DNA of 64,000 bases from an uncultured Roseivirgaceae bacterium (GCA_964507705.1 CAZDRA010000005.1:1353-65352); one strand, 5' to 3'; shown: positions 19,154 through 28,702, counted from the first letter of the stretch. The notes: generated by a model from the sequence alone, not told the origin. Program-made: numbers and translations.

Positions 19154-19175
19154 TAATATGATCAAAATCATATTA
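19154..19175. promoter_or_regulatory. FNR-like perfect palindrome taatATGAT-caaa-ATCATatta
   Basis: 9-bp perfect arms with a 4-nt spacer. The core ATGAT-N4-ATCAT is one symmetric mismatch from the FNR box TTGAT-N4-ATCAA. It lies ~125 bp upstream of the psrA-like ATG. Confidence 0.4.
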
Positions 19176-19298
19176 TATTTATTTATAAATAAGTTTATTT
19201 GTACAATAAGTATATGATCATTCTAAGATTATTTACTTTTTTGAAAATAATTATGACAGGTAAGTATAATCATCACTTTTTCTAAAAATGCAATTATT

Positions 19299-21539
19299 AT
19301 GAATCAATCCAGGAGAGAGTTTTTGAAAATATCCAGCCTAGGTATTGGAGGCGTGACGCTCGCCGCTCCGTTATTTAATTGGGCAAATGGTGCTATCGTT
19401 TCAGATGAAAAAATACCTGTGAATATTACCAATCGAACGCCCACATATTGTGAAGTTTGTTTCTGGAAATGTGCCGGTTGGGTATATAAAAACGATGAAG
19501 GAAATATCTGGAAAATTATTGGTAATGACGATGATCCACATTGCAACGGTAGACTTTGCCCAAGGGGCACTGGTGGTGTTGGGATGTACACCGATGAAGA
19601 CCGACTTAAAACTCCGTTGATTAGAAAAACGATCAATGGGCAACAACAATTTGTAGAAGCGAGCTGGGAAGAGGCCCTAAATCTGGTCGCTAAAAACCTG
19701 AATCAAATAAAGGAAAAGTATGGTCCTGAAAGTACCGCATTATTTACTCATGGATCAGGGGGGAAGTTTTTTGGAGATTTGCTCAAGTCATATGGTTCCA
19801 CCAATATCACGGCACCGTCATTTGCACAATGTCGCGGACCGAGAGAAGTTGCTTTTCTCACTACATTTGGTGAGATCATCTCGTCACCAGAGCGTGTAGA
19901 TATTCGTGATACAAAATGCCTTGTGCTTATTGGATCTCATATTGGAGAAAATATGCATAATGGCCAGGTACAGGAAATGTCTGATGCGATTGACAAAGGA
20001 GCTACCATCATTACAGTTGACCCAAGGTTTTCTACTGCAGCTTCCAAATCAAAACATTGGCTACCGATAAAGCCATCTACAGACATGGCACTGCTTCTTG
20101 CATGGATTCATGAGGTGATATATAACAAATGGTACGACAGGAAGTATGTCGAGAAGTATTGCTATGGCCTGGAAGATCTGAAAGAACATGTCAAGAATTA
20201 TACACCGGAATGGGCATATGGCATTACTACAATCAAGCCGCACGTAATTCGAGAAACAGCCAAGGAAATGGCCAACGCTTCTCCTGCGGTAATTATTCAT
20301 CCTGGCCGTCATGTTACATGGTATGGAGATGATACACAAAGATTGCGTGCAGTAGCCATACTCAATGCTTTGTTGGGTTCGTGGGGCAGAAGAGGAGGAT
20401 TTTATAGTCCAGAAAAAAAATCGCTGCCAAGTTTCCCACATCCGGAATATCCGAAATCGAAAAAGACATGGAGAGATGCACATCCAGGGAAATACAATTT
20501 AGCAATAGAGGTTGTTTCTAATATAGTTTGTGATGCTACTATTCCGACTGCTGATAAAGAGAGTAGCTTTAAAGCCTGGGTTGTGAATGGGACAAACCTG
20601 ATATTCACACTACCGGATCAGAAGAATACCTTAAAAGCCATTCAACATCTGGAGTTTATGGTAGTAATCGATACTATGCCGATGGAGATCACGGGTTTTG
20701 CTGATGTTGTCCTTCCAGAATGTACATATCTCGAACGATATGATTATTGCAGGTCAAGTCAGCACAGGGAGCCGAACATCGCCTTGAGGATGCCGGCCAC
20801 TGAACCAAAATATAACACTAAACCAGATTGGTGGATTGTAAGACAGCTTGCGCATAAAATGGGATTAGACAAATATTTCAAATGGAATGACATTGAGGAG
20901 GTTTTAGATTGGCAATTGAAACAAGTTGGAACTTCACTGGAGGAAATGAAAAGGGTAGGACTTAAGAAATTTCCCAGAGAATATGATGACTTGTACTTTG
21001 CTGAAGATGAAGACATAGAATTCAATACCAATACCGGAAAAATAGAACTTTACTCTACCGACCTGGAAGCTGAAGGTTTTGATCCGATGCCGGTTTATAC
21101 TTCACATCCGGAGCCAGATCCTGGATTCTATAGGTTAAACTATGGTCGAACTCCAGCACATACTTTTAGCAGGACAGCGAACAATCCGAACCTTACGGAT
21201 TTGATGGACGAAAATGTGCTGTGGGTTAATCCTATAGTGGCCAAAGAGTGGGATCTTAAAAAAGACCAGGAAGTTTGGTTAGAGAATCAAGATGGAATTT
21301 TATCATCTTTTCCAATAAAAGTGAGAATCACAGAGCGAATACGGCATGACTCGGTGTATATGGTTCATGGTTTTGGTCATGCCGAAAAGAGATTGTCTAG
21401 ATCATTTGGCAAAGGAGCCAGTGACACAGAATTAATTTCAAATGTGATGGTTGACCCTATTATGGGAGGCACTGGAATGAGAGGTAATTTTGTGACAATT
21501 AGGGTAGAAAATCCACATAAAGAGGAGGTAGCATTATGA
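19299..21539 (+). CDS. molybdopterin (bis-MGD) oxidoreductase catalytic subunit, polysulfide/thiosulfate reductase (PsrA/PhsA)-like
   Basis: Tat signal MNQSRREFLKISSLGIGG. N-terminal 4Fe-4S motif CEVCFWKC...LCPRG. Its 746 aa are typical of PsrA/PhsA. Confidence 0.85.
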   Translation: MNQSRREFLKISSLGIGGVTLAAPLFNWANGAIVSDEKIPVNITNRTPTYCEVCFWKCAGWVYKNDEGNIWKIIGNDDDPHCNGRLCPRGTGGVGMYTDEDRLKTPLIRKTINGQQQFVEASWEEALNLVAKNLNQIKEKYGPESTALFTHGSGGKFFGDLLKSYGSTNITAPSFAQCRGPREVAFLTTFGEIISSPERVDIRDTKCLVLIGSHIGENMHNGQVQEMSDAIDKGATIITVDPRFSTAASKSKHWLPIKPSTDMALLLAWIHEVIYNKWYDRKYVEKYCYGLEDLKEHVKNYTPEWAYGITTIKPHVIRETAKEMANASPAVIIHPGRHVTWYGDDTQRLRAVAILNALLGSWGRRGGFYSPEKKSLPSFPHPEYPKSKKTWRDAHPGKYNLAIEVVSNIVCDATIPTADKESSFKAWVVNGTNLIFTLPDQKNTLKAIQHLEFMVVIDTMPMEITGFADVVLPECTYLERYDYCRSSQHREPNIALRMPATEPKYNTKPDWWIVRQLAHKMGLDKYFKWNDIEEVLDWQLKQVGTSLEEMKRVGLKKFPREYDDLYFAEDEDIEFNTNTGKIELYSTDLEAEGFDPMPVYTSHPEPDPGFYRLNYGRTPAHTFSRTANNPNLTDLMDENVLWVNPIVAKEWDLKKDQEVWLENQDGILSSFPIKVRITERIRHDSVYMVHGFGHAEKRLSRSFGKGASDTELISNVMVDPIMGGTGMRGNFVTIRVENPHKEEVAL

Positions 21540-22069
21540 GGTATGCAATGGCAATAGATACAAAAAAGTGTGTCGGTTGTAGTGACTGTGTAGTCGCTTG
21601 TCAGACAGAAAATAACGTCCCTATCGGTTATTGCAGAGACTGGATTGTCGAGATAACGGAAGGTAAATATCCGCAACTTGAATTGGAGATAAGATCGGAA
21701 CGATGCAATCATTGCTCTAATGCTCCATGTGTGAGATGCTGCCCAACAGGTGCAAGCCACTATGCCGATGGAGGAATTGTGATGGTAACGCACGATATGT
21801 GCATTGGTTGTGGTGCATGCATAGCATCTTGTCCTTATGATGCCAGATACCCTCATCCTGATGGATACGTAGATAAATGTACTTTTTGCCTTCATAGAGT
21901 AAAGGAGGGACAAAAGCCTGCATGTGTGGAAGTTTGCCCAACGAAATGTATGTATTTCGGAGATATGGATGATCCAAATAGTGAGGTGTCAAAAATTTTG
22001 AAAAGGAGAAAACACAAAACCCTGGTTCCTGAGGCAGGGACTAAACCAAATGTCTATTATTTGATATAA
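21536..22069 (+). CDS. 4Fe-4S ferredoxin-type electron-transfer subunit (PsrB/PhsB/NrfC-like)
   Basis: Four Cys clusters: CVGCSDCVVAC, CNHCSNAPCVRCC, CIGCGACIASC and CTFC...CVEVC. ATGA overlap with the A subunit. Confidence 0.85.
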   Translation: MRYAMAIDTKKCVGCSDCVVACQTENNVPIGYCRDWIVEITEGKYPQLELEIRSERCNHCSNAPCVRCCPTGASHYADGGIVMVTHDMCIGCGACIASCPYDARYPHPDGYVDKCTFCLHRVKEGQKPACVEVCPTKCMYFGDMDDPNSEVSKILKRRKHKTLVPEAGTKPNVYYLI

Positions 22070-22083
22070 AAAGCGCAGAAGCT

Positions 22084-23025
22084 ATGAAAGAGGAATTAAT
22101 CACAAGCGGACGAATGAACTACAAAGTTGATCCGGCTCTTCATATTTGGGGCTGGGAAATATCATTATATCTTTTTTTAGGCGGACTGGCTGCAGGAGTT
22201 TTATTTTTTGCGGCGTTGTACTATTTAAAAGGTAAAGAAAGTGAATACCAGTCTGCTGTTAAATGGGTACCAATGCTTACTCCAATTTTATTGGCGATTG
22301 GTTTGGGGGCACTATTTCTCGATTTACATCATAAACCCTATTTCTGGAGACTATACACCACTATAAAGATTCAGTCACCTATGTCATGGGGAGCATGGAC
22401 ATTGATGGTTGTATCGCCTTTGTCCATTATTTGGTCTGCCACATATGTCAAAGACTTATTCCCCAAATGGGATTGGAAGATAAAATGGTTAGAGAATTTA
22501 GTAAATTACTTTATAGACAATAGAAGGCAAATTGCATGGATAATGATCGTTTTTTCAGTGATTCTGGGTATTTACACAGGTATTTTACTTTCTGCATTCA
22601 ATGCCAGACCATTATGGAATACATCTATTCTTGGTCCATTATTCCTTGTATCAGGATTGTCGGCAGGAGCAGCATTGATCATGATGTTATCAAAGAATCC
22701 TATTGAAAGAAAGCAGTTTAGCCAGATTGACTTACTGCTCATTGCCATAGAGTTGGCTTTGATCATTCATATGTTTATGGGTTTTAGGGCAAGTTCGGAA
22801 GTACAAATAGAAGCCGCAGCATTATTTCTTGGAGGTCCATATACCTTGCCATTCTGGATATTTGTTGTATTTCTGGGTATGGTATTACCGGCATTCCTTG
22901 AATTTTGGGAATTGAAAGGAAATCATATTCCGGCATATATTCCAGCTATGTTGATCATATTTGGCAGTGTGATGTTGCGATTTATCATAGTGTATGCGGG
23001 TCAGGCGAGTAGATATCTTTATTAA
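22084..23025 (+). CDS. NrfD/PsrC-type integral membrane quinol-interacting subunit
   Basis: 313 aa, about 8 TM helices, in the position and of the size typical of PsrC/NrfD. Confidence 0.8.
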   Translation: MKEELITSGRMNYKVDPALHIWGWEISLYLFLGGLAAGVLFFAALYYLKGKESEYQSAVKWVPMLTPILLAIGLGALFLDLHHKPYFWRLYTTIKIQSPMSWGAWTLMVVSPLSIIWSATYVKDLFPKWDWKIKWLENLVNYFIDNRRQIAWIMIVFSVILGIYTGILLSAFNARPLWNTSILGPLFLVSGLSAGAALIMMLSKNPIERKQFSQIDLLLIAIELALIIHMFMGFRASSEVQIEAAALFLGGPYTLPFWIFVVFLGMVLPAFLEFWELKGNHIPAYIPAMLIIFGSVMLRFIIVYAGQASRYLY

Positions 23026-23048
23026 GTAAAAACTAATAATTATCAATT

Positions 23049-23567
23049 ATGGAAAATAAAGGTAATAAGTATATGAATCCTTATATGGCTGGGGTGATAC
23101 TGGGGGTTGTACTATTGGCATCATTTTATCTTACCGGAAGAGGTCTGGGAGCAAGTGGGGCTATGAAAAGCATCGTTGTAAGTGGTGTGGCTACTGTTAA
23201 TAGGGATTATGCCGAAAACTCACACTTTTTTTCTAAGTATATCTCTGGGGATAAAAATCCTATGAAATCATGGTTGGTATTGGAAGTTTTGGGTGTTTTG
23301 GTTGGAGGATTTATTTCAGGGGCATTGAGTGGTAGGTTGAAGCTTAAGCTTGAGAAATCACCTAAAATAACCAGTAGAAAAAGAATAATGCTTGCAATAA
23401 TTGGAGGGGCGTTATTTGGATTTGGTTCCCAATTGGGCAGAGGTTGTACGAGTGGCGCAGCACTGAGTGGCATGGCAGTAATGTCCATTGCGGGATATGT
23501 GACTATGATGGCCATATTTGGGACAGCATTTGCCTTAGCATACTTTTTTAGAAAGAATTGGATTTAA
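23049..23567 (+). CDS. YeeE/YedE-family sulfur-compound transporter, half-size protein 1
   Basis: 4-TM protein with the conserved GRGCTSGAALSG motif of the YeeE/YedE (sulphur transport) family. Confidence 0.75.
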   Translation: MENKGNKYMNPYMAGVILGVVLLASFYLTGRGLGASGAMKSIVVSGVATVNRDYAENSHFFSKYISGDKNPMKSWLVLEVLGVLVGGFISGALSGRLKLKLEKSPKITSRKRIMLAIIGGALFGFGSQLGRGCTSGAALSGMAVMSIAGYVTMMAIFGTAFALAYFFRKNWI

Positions 23568-23594
23568 TTATTATAAATTTTAAATAGAAAATAA

Positions 23595-24197
23595 ATGGGA
23601 CCTATAATTCCTCTATTCGAAATATCAGAAGAAATCAATTTATTGATTGCCTTTCTCATTGGTTTAGGATTTGGATTTGCCCTGGAGCAAGCAGGATTTA
23701 GCTCTAGTAGAAAGCTAGCTGGAATGTTTTACGGCTATGACACCACAGTATTAAAAGTATTTTTTACAGCTTCATTAGTAGCCATGCTTGGTCTGCTGTT
23801 TTTAAATGCTATGGGCTTGATGGATATGAGCATTATTTATATAAATGAATATTTTGTAACATCTGCGATAGTAGGAGGGGTGATAATGGGAGCCGGATTT
23901 ATTATTGGTGGTTTTTGCCCCGGAACCAGTGTTTGTGCTGCAGCTATTGGTAAAATTGATGCTATGTATTTTTTTGGAGGAAGTTTGATTGGCATTTTGA
24001 TTTTTGGACAAACATATCCCTTATGGGAAAAATTACATAATGCAAAATATTTAGGTCCAATAAAATTGTCAGATAGCCTTGGTATTTCAGATGGTATATT
24101 GGGGCTAATGGTAATCATTGCCGCTATCATAATGTTTTGGATTGGTGAAAAGGCCGAAAAATTATTTAAGAGAGAAAAAATTAGTAAAGAATTATAA
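23595..24197 (+). CDS. YeeE/YedE-family sulfur-compound transporter, half-size protein 2
   Basis: Multi-TM protein with GGFCPGTSVCAAAIG, the second-half motif of YeeE/YedE proteins. Confidence 0.75.
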   Translation: MGPIIPLFEISEEINLLIAFLIGLGFGFALEQAGFSSSRKLAGMFYGYDTTVLKVFFTASLVAMLGLLFLNAMGLMDMSIIYINEYFVTSAIVGGVIMGAGFIIGGFCPGTSVCAAAIGKIDAMYFFGGSLIGILIFGQTYPLWEKLHNAKYLGPIKLSDSLGISDGILGLMVIIAAIIMFWIGEKAEKLFKREKISKEL

Positions 24198-24213
24198 AGA
24201 CAAAAATAATATC

Positions 24214-24831
24214 ATGAAACATAGATTTATATTATCAATCGTATTGGTAAGTCTTGGACTAATTGCTGCTGTTCTACCTCAACAGCAAAATTCATCTTTG
24301 GAGTTGGATGCCAAGCAATTGCTCTACGAAATTCAATTAGAAAATTATATTATTTCTATTGATGAGATGGCTAATGCCATGATCAACAATGACCCTGAAT
24401 ATCAACTTATCGACCTTAGGTCAGAGACTGATTTTAATCAGATTAGTTTGCCGGGGGCTATTAATATCCCATTCGCAGAATTATTCGATGAAGAATGGGC
24501 TCCATACATAGATCAGGTAGCCAGGAAAAATGTATTTTTCTGTAATGGCACTACTCTCGCCAGCGAAGCGTGGATGCTGACCAGGCAAAAGGGTTATAAA
24601 AACAATTATATATTAAAAGGAGGATTGAATAATTGGCACGATACAATAATTGAGCCCGTAGTACCTAAACCAGAAGATGGTGAAGAAGCGATATACAATT
24701 ATCAAACCAGAATGGGAGCGAAGCAATTTTTTACCGGTGAAGGCAGCTCAAGCAATTCATCCAATAAAATAAAAGCAAAAAAACCTGTGCCCAGGAAGAA
24801 GAAAAAAATGGTTGCAGGTGGTTGTAGTTAG
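24214..24831 (+). CDS. membrane-anchored rhodanese-domain sulfurtransferase with a Cys-terminated flexible tail
   Basis: I place the start at ATG 24214 (MKHRFILSIVLVSLGLIAAVL anchor). Rhodanese active-site loop FFCNGTTLA (Cys codon at 24541-24543). The basic/Ser-rich tail ends in VAGGCS. There are only two Cys in the protein. Confidence 0.75.
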   Translation: MKHRFILSIVLVSLGLIAAVLPQQQNSSLELDAKQLLYEIQLENYIISIDEMANAMINNDPEYQLIDLRSETDFNQISLPGAINIPFAELFDEEWAPYIDQVARKNVFFCNGTTLASEAWMLTRQKGYKNNYILKGGLNNWHDTIIEPVVPKPEDGEEAIYNYQTRMGAKQFFTGEGSSSNSSNKIKAKKPVPRKKKKMVAGGCS

Positions 24832-24863
24832 TCCATTTTCGTTCTATTGAAAAATATAAACTC

Positions 24864-25394
24864 ATGAAAAGGCCATATATAAAATTACTCGGATTGATAA
24901 TTGTTCTGCTTTTTGCAGGGTTAATATTTACTTCTCTAAAGAGTAGTAAAAAATACAGATTCAATAAGGCTGCTGAAGTGCAGCATAGCGAATTGATTAA
25001 AGCGAATCATTTTATCAGCCCTGAAGAAGCTAAAGCATTACTTTCTAATCAGGATGATGATTACGTTATTGTAGATATTAGAAGGCCAAGAGATTTTGAT
25101 AATTTTCATATCCCAGGGTCAGTAAATATCCCTCTTCAAAGGGTACTAGATGATAAATTTAAGCCATATTTAAATAACAATAAAAAGAAAATTTTATATA
25201 GCGCTGAAAATATCAAAGCTAATGAAATTTGGTTATTACTTTCTCAATTTGGTTACGACAACTTGTTTGTGTTGCAGGGAGGGGCTAATTATTGGAAGGA
25301 CCATATGATTTCAAAAAACGTATTTGATAAAAAAGGAGAATTTGATGATGAAAAATTAAATTTTGATCCTAAGAAATTGAATACGTCAAAATAG
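24864..25394 (+). CDS. membrane-anchored rhodanese-homology protein lacking the catalytic Cys
   Basis: N-terminal anchor and rhodanese fold (VIVDIRRPRDFDNFHIPGSVNIP). Ser occupies the active-site position (ILYSAENIKA) and there is no Cys anywhere in the protein. Confidence 0.7.
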   Translation: MKRPYIKLLGLIIVLLFAGLIFTSLKSSKKYRFNKAAEVQHSELIKANHFISPEEAKALLSNQDDDYVIVDIRRPRDFDNFHIPGSVNIPLQRVLDDKFKPYLNNNKKKILYSAENIKANEIWLLLSQFGYDNLFVLQGGANYWKDHMISKNVFDKKGEFDDEKLNFDPKKLNTSK

Positions 25395-25501
25395 AGATTT
25401 TCTTTTCAGCTCAATGTCAATTCAAGAATATCAAAACATGTCTGGCTTCTACTAAAAATGCTTAGAACAGCATAATTTTTATTTTCCGACGATCAATAAT
25501 C

Positions 25502-26311
25502 TTAATAAATTTCAGGCACAAATGTTTGCTCATAAAGTGGGGTACGAACATAGTCAGTATTCATCTTGATTTTTGGCAGTTTTATTGGAGGTTCCGGTTT
25601 ATATTTATAAGGAATCTTACTCAATAAATGTGCTATGCAGTTTAGTTGTGCTTTCTTTTTAGAATCTGCATTAACCACAAACCATGGTGAAATTAGTGTA
25701 TCCGTATAATGAAACATTTCGTCCTTAGCCCTGGAATATTCCTCCCATTTATCCCTTGATTTGAGATCCATAGGGCTAAACTTCCATTGTTTCAAGGGGC
25801 TGTTTATGCGTTCTTCAAATCGCTTTTCCTGCACCTTGTCGCTTACAGAAAACCAATATTTGATTAATATTAATCCTGATCGTACCAGCATATTTTCAAA
25901 AAGTGGACAGGACCTTAAAAATTCCTGATACTCTTCCTCAGTACAAAATTTCATCACTTTTTCTACGCCCGCCCGATTATACCAGCTTCGGTCAAAAAGA
26001 ACAATTTCTCCTCCTGCAGGCAAGTGAGGTGCATACTTTTGGAAATACCATTGCGTTTTTTCTTTTTCTGTGGGAATTCCAAGAGCAGTTACCTTGCATA
26101 CTCTGGAGCTAAGGCGTTCTGTGATTCTTCTTATTACACCACCTTTACCGGCGGCATCTCGACCTTCAAAAATAACGACAACTTTTTTCTTTTCTTTTTT
26201 TACCCATTCTTGGAGTTTTACTAATTCTTCCTGAAGTTTCTGAATCTCTTTTTCGTAGGTCTTAGTAGAAAACTTGATTTTAGAATCAGATTTGTGTTTG
26301 TCTTTTGACAT
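25502..26311 (-). CDS. ppk2: polyphosphate kinase 2
   Basis: VVVIFEGRDAAGKGGVIRRI Walker-A-like motif and FDRSWYNRAGVE, typical of single-domain PPK2. Confidence 0.9.
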   Translation of the reverse strand: MSKDKHKSDSKIKFSTKTYEKEIQKLQEELVKLQEWVKKEKKKVVVIFEGRDAAGKGGVIRRITERLSSRVCKVTALGIPTEKEKTQWYFQKYAPHLPAGGEIVLFDRSWYNRAGVEKVMKFCTEEEYQEFLRSCPLFENMLVRSGLILIKYWFSVSDKVQEKRFEERINSPLKQWKFSPMDLKSRDKWEEYSRAKDEMFHYTDTLISPWFVVNADSKKKAQLNCIAHLLSKIPYKYKPEPPIKLPKIKMNTDYVRTPLYEQTFVPEIY

Positions 26312-26366
26312 ATCGATAAAAACTTAATCCGACTGAATATATGAAAAAAAATGAATGTTGGATAAG

Positions 26367-28433
26367 TTAAATACTAATTTTTTCTTCACGTTTTGGATGC
26401 CGTACGTTGCTTTTTGGAAGGGTAAACTTAAATGTGGTTCCAACTCCAACTTCACTTACTACCGATATGCTTCCATTATTTTTTTCTGTAAATTCCTTGC
26501 ACAGAATCAATCCAAGTCCAGTACCCTTTTCTTTGTTAGTGCCCAATGTGGTATGCTTAGAACTAATACTAAATATTTTAAGTTGATCGGTACTCGTCAT
26601 GCCAACCCCCGTATCTCTAATACCAATTTCTACATCATCTTTCCACTTATCGACCGAAAAGGAAATTATCCCATCTCGGTTGGTGAACTTTATGGCGTTT
26701 GAGAGTAAGTTTCTTACAATAGTTCTCACAGAATTGATATCTGCAAAAACCATAATATCTTCTTCAGCTAGTATTTCAATATTAATTTTTTTATTAATAG
26801 CCGCCTTTGAAAGTAGTTGAATATTTTCTTTTATAACATTTGAAATAGGAAAGTTCTCAGGTTTAAATTGTATCCTTCCGGTTTGAGAGCGAGCCCATCC
26901 AAGTAAATTATCTAATAGTTCAAATAAATTTTTTAGTGATTTATCCAGCTCTCTGGCAAGCGTGCGAATTTCCTCTTCAGACAAAGATGCAGTATGATTA
27001 ATCAATAAATGCGAAAAAGATGACAGCGAATTTAGCGGGCCTTTTAAATCATGGCCAATAATTGAAAAGAATTTGTCTTTTGTGCTATTGAGTTCTGTCA
27101 ATTTTTCATTCTGCCCCAGCATTTGGTCATTGATTTTTTGTAATTCATTATTCAAGCGCTTTTTATCAGCATATGATTTAATGATAATAACAGATAGAGC
27201 AATAGTTATAAGTAAAAACAAAGTGAGCGAAATAATGAATTTTCTACTTGTAGCCAGTTGTTGTTCATTTTTCTTTTGTATTTGTTCCAGTGTAGTAATT
27301 TCTTGTCCGCGTCTTTCTATTTCATTTTTATTGTTGATCTCTTCAATTCTTCTTTTGCTTGCCTCAGCATAAATCAATTCACTAATTCCAGAAAACTTAT
27401 TTTGATAAAACAATGCCTTCTTAAAGTCCTTGTCTGCCAAATATGCCTGATACAAAAAATCAAAGCTTTGTTGCATGAGTTTATTAGAATTAACTAATTC
27501 AGCATTATTTAACCCAAGTTTTAAATTTCTAATAGCTCTTTTGTATTCTTCTTTTTCAATAAATATGAGGCCGATTTTATTATATGATTCAGCAAGACCA
27601 GTTCTGTCATTAATTTCATTTCTGATTGATAGTGAATTTAATTGGAGTTGAAATGCTGTATCTAATTGGTCCATTGATTTGTAGCTATCACTCATTTTAA
27701 ATAGTGCAATAGCTACTTGAATGTCTTTGCCCAGAGTATTATATATATCAAATGCCTGTTGATAATGTTGAAGCGAGAGATTATGATTAAAGCTATGTTC
27801 ATACATGTCGCCAAATGTCAGGTGTGTTTCGGCAGACATATTTAAGAGGTCATGAATTTTTGCCAGTTTAAGTGATCGTTTGAGACATTGCTCGGCTTTG
27901 TCAATATCTTCAAGTTCTATATAAGAATGTGCTTGACTTATTAAGGTGAGGGAAATTAAGTTATTTATTCCAAGGCTATCTGCTAAATAGCTTGCCTCAA
28001 TCTGATATTCTAGCGATTTAGTAATATCTCCGATCTTTTGATAAATGTCTGCAAGCGCCAATTTGGAAAATATAAGTTCTTTAATAAGCCCATTGGATTT
28101 GGCATTTATCTCAGCTTGTTTGCAATCGTTCAAAGCTTTCTCATGATCTGAAGTAAGATGTGAATTGGACAATCCAATGTATCTTTGAGCTTTTATCTCA
28201 AATTCCTTATTGTTTTCTAATAAAGCCAGACTTAAAAGTTTTTGAGCTTTTTTGCTGGCCTGTAGTGGTTCATTCCTAAAATAATAGGGAATGATTTCAT
28301 CAAGAATTAATAGCTTTTCTTCATTTTCAACTAATATTAGTCGAGTCTCTAGGCTGTCAATATAATTTTCTGCAAAAACCTGAATTTGAGAATTGATACA
28401 GAATAAAAGAATTAGTAGAATTCTAATTTGCAT
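26367..28433 (-). CDS. TPR-repeat sensor histidine kinase (no adjacent response regulator)
   Basis: Signal peptide, about 7 TPR repeats, one TM helix and a coiled coil. H-box FSIIGHDLKGPLNS, N box LLSNAIKFT, G boxes DTGVGM and GTGLGL. Confidence 0.85.
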   Translation of the reverse strand: MQIRILLILLFCINSQIQVFAENYIDSLETRLILVENEEKLLILDEIIPYYFRNEPLQASKKAQKLLSLALLENNKEFEIKAQRYIGLSNSHLTSDHEKALNDCKQAEINAKSNGLIKELIFSKLALADIYQKIGDITKSLEYQIEASYLADSLGINNLISLTLISQAHSYIELEDIDKAEQCLKRSLKLAKIHDLLNMSAETHLTFGDMYEHSFNHNLSLQHYQQAFDIYNTLGKDIQVAIALFKMSDSYKSMDQLDTAFQLQLNSLSIRNEINDRTGLAESYNKIGLIFIEKEEYKRAIRNLKLGLNNAELVNSNKLMQQSFDFLYQAYLADKDFKKALFYQNKFSGISELIYAEASKRRIEEINNKNEIERRGQEITTLEQIQKKNEQQLATSRKFIISLTLFLLITIALSVIIIKSYADKKRLNNELQKINDQMLGQNEKLTELNSTKDKFFSIIGHDLKGPLNSLSSFSHLLINHTASLSEEEIRTLARELDKSLKNLFELLDNLLGWARSQTGRIQFKPENFPISNVIKENIQLLSKAAINKKINIEILAEEDIMVFADINSVRTIVRNLLSNAIKFTNRDGIISFSVDKWKDDVEIGIRDTGVGMTSTDQLKIFSISSKHTTLGTNKEKGTGLGLILCKEFTEKNNGSISVVSEVGVGTTFKFTLPKSNVRHPKREEKISI

Positions 28434-28702
28434 ATCCTTTAGTATATAACTTCAATGGTATTGTCTGTTTTTCAATTATTACGGATCAAAAATAATTATT
28501 TATTCTTTAAATGAGCTTTCTATTTTTGGTACAAAGATTACATGCATACAATTCTCAACCGTATCTGTGCATTATTGAGAGTACTTTTTTATGTTAATCA
28601 TACCAAAATAAAGATTCTTGTGATATTCTGTTATTGAATTACAAATAATTGTTTACGGAAATATTTTTCAAAAAATAGCCAATTAAGGATCTTCAAATAA
28701 CT

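Noticed and set aside
18878-19298. Possible Moco riboswitch or other structured leader upstream of the molybdoenzyme operon
   Set aside because: The region is extremely AT-rich, with only short AT-only stems. I could not see the GC-rich conserved helices expected for a Moco RNA motif.
21377-21913. 178-aa minus-strand ORF opposite the ferredoxin subunit gene
   Set aside because: It is antisense to a gene with four clear Fe-S cluster motifs, and its Cys/His-rich composition simply mirrors those codons.
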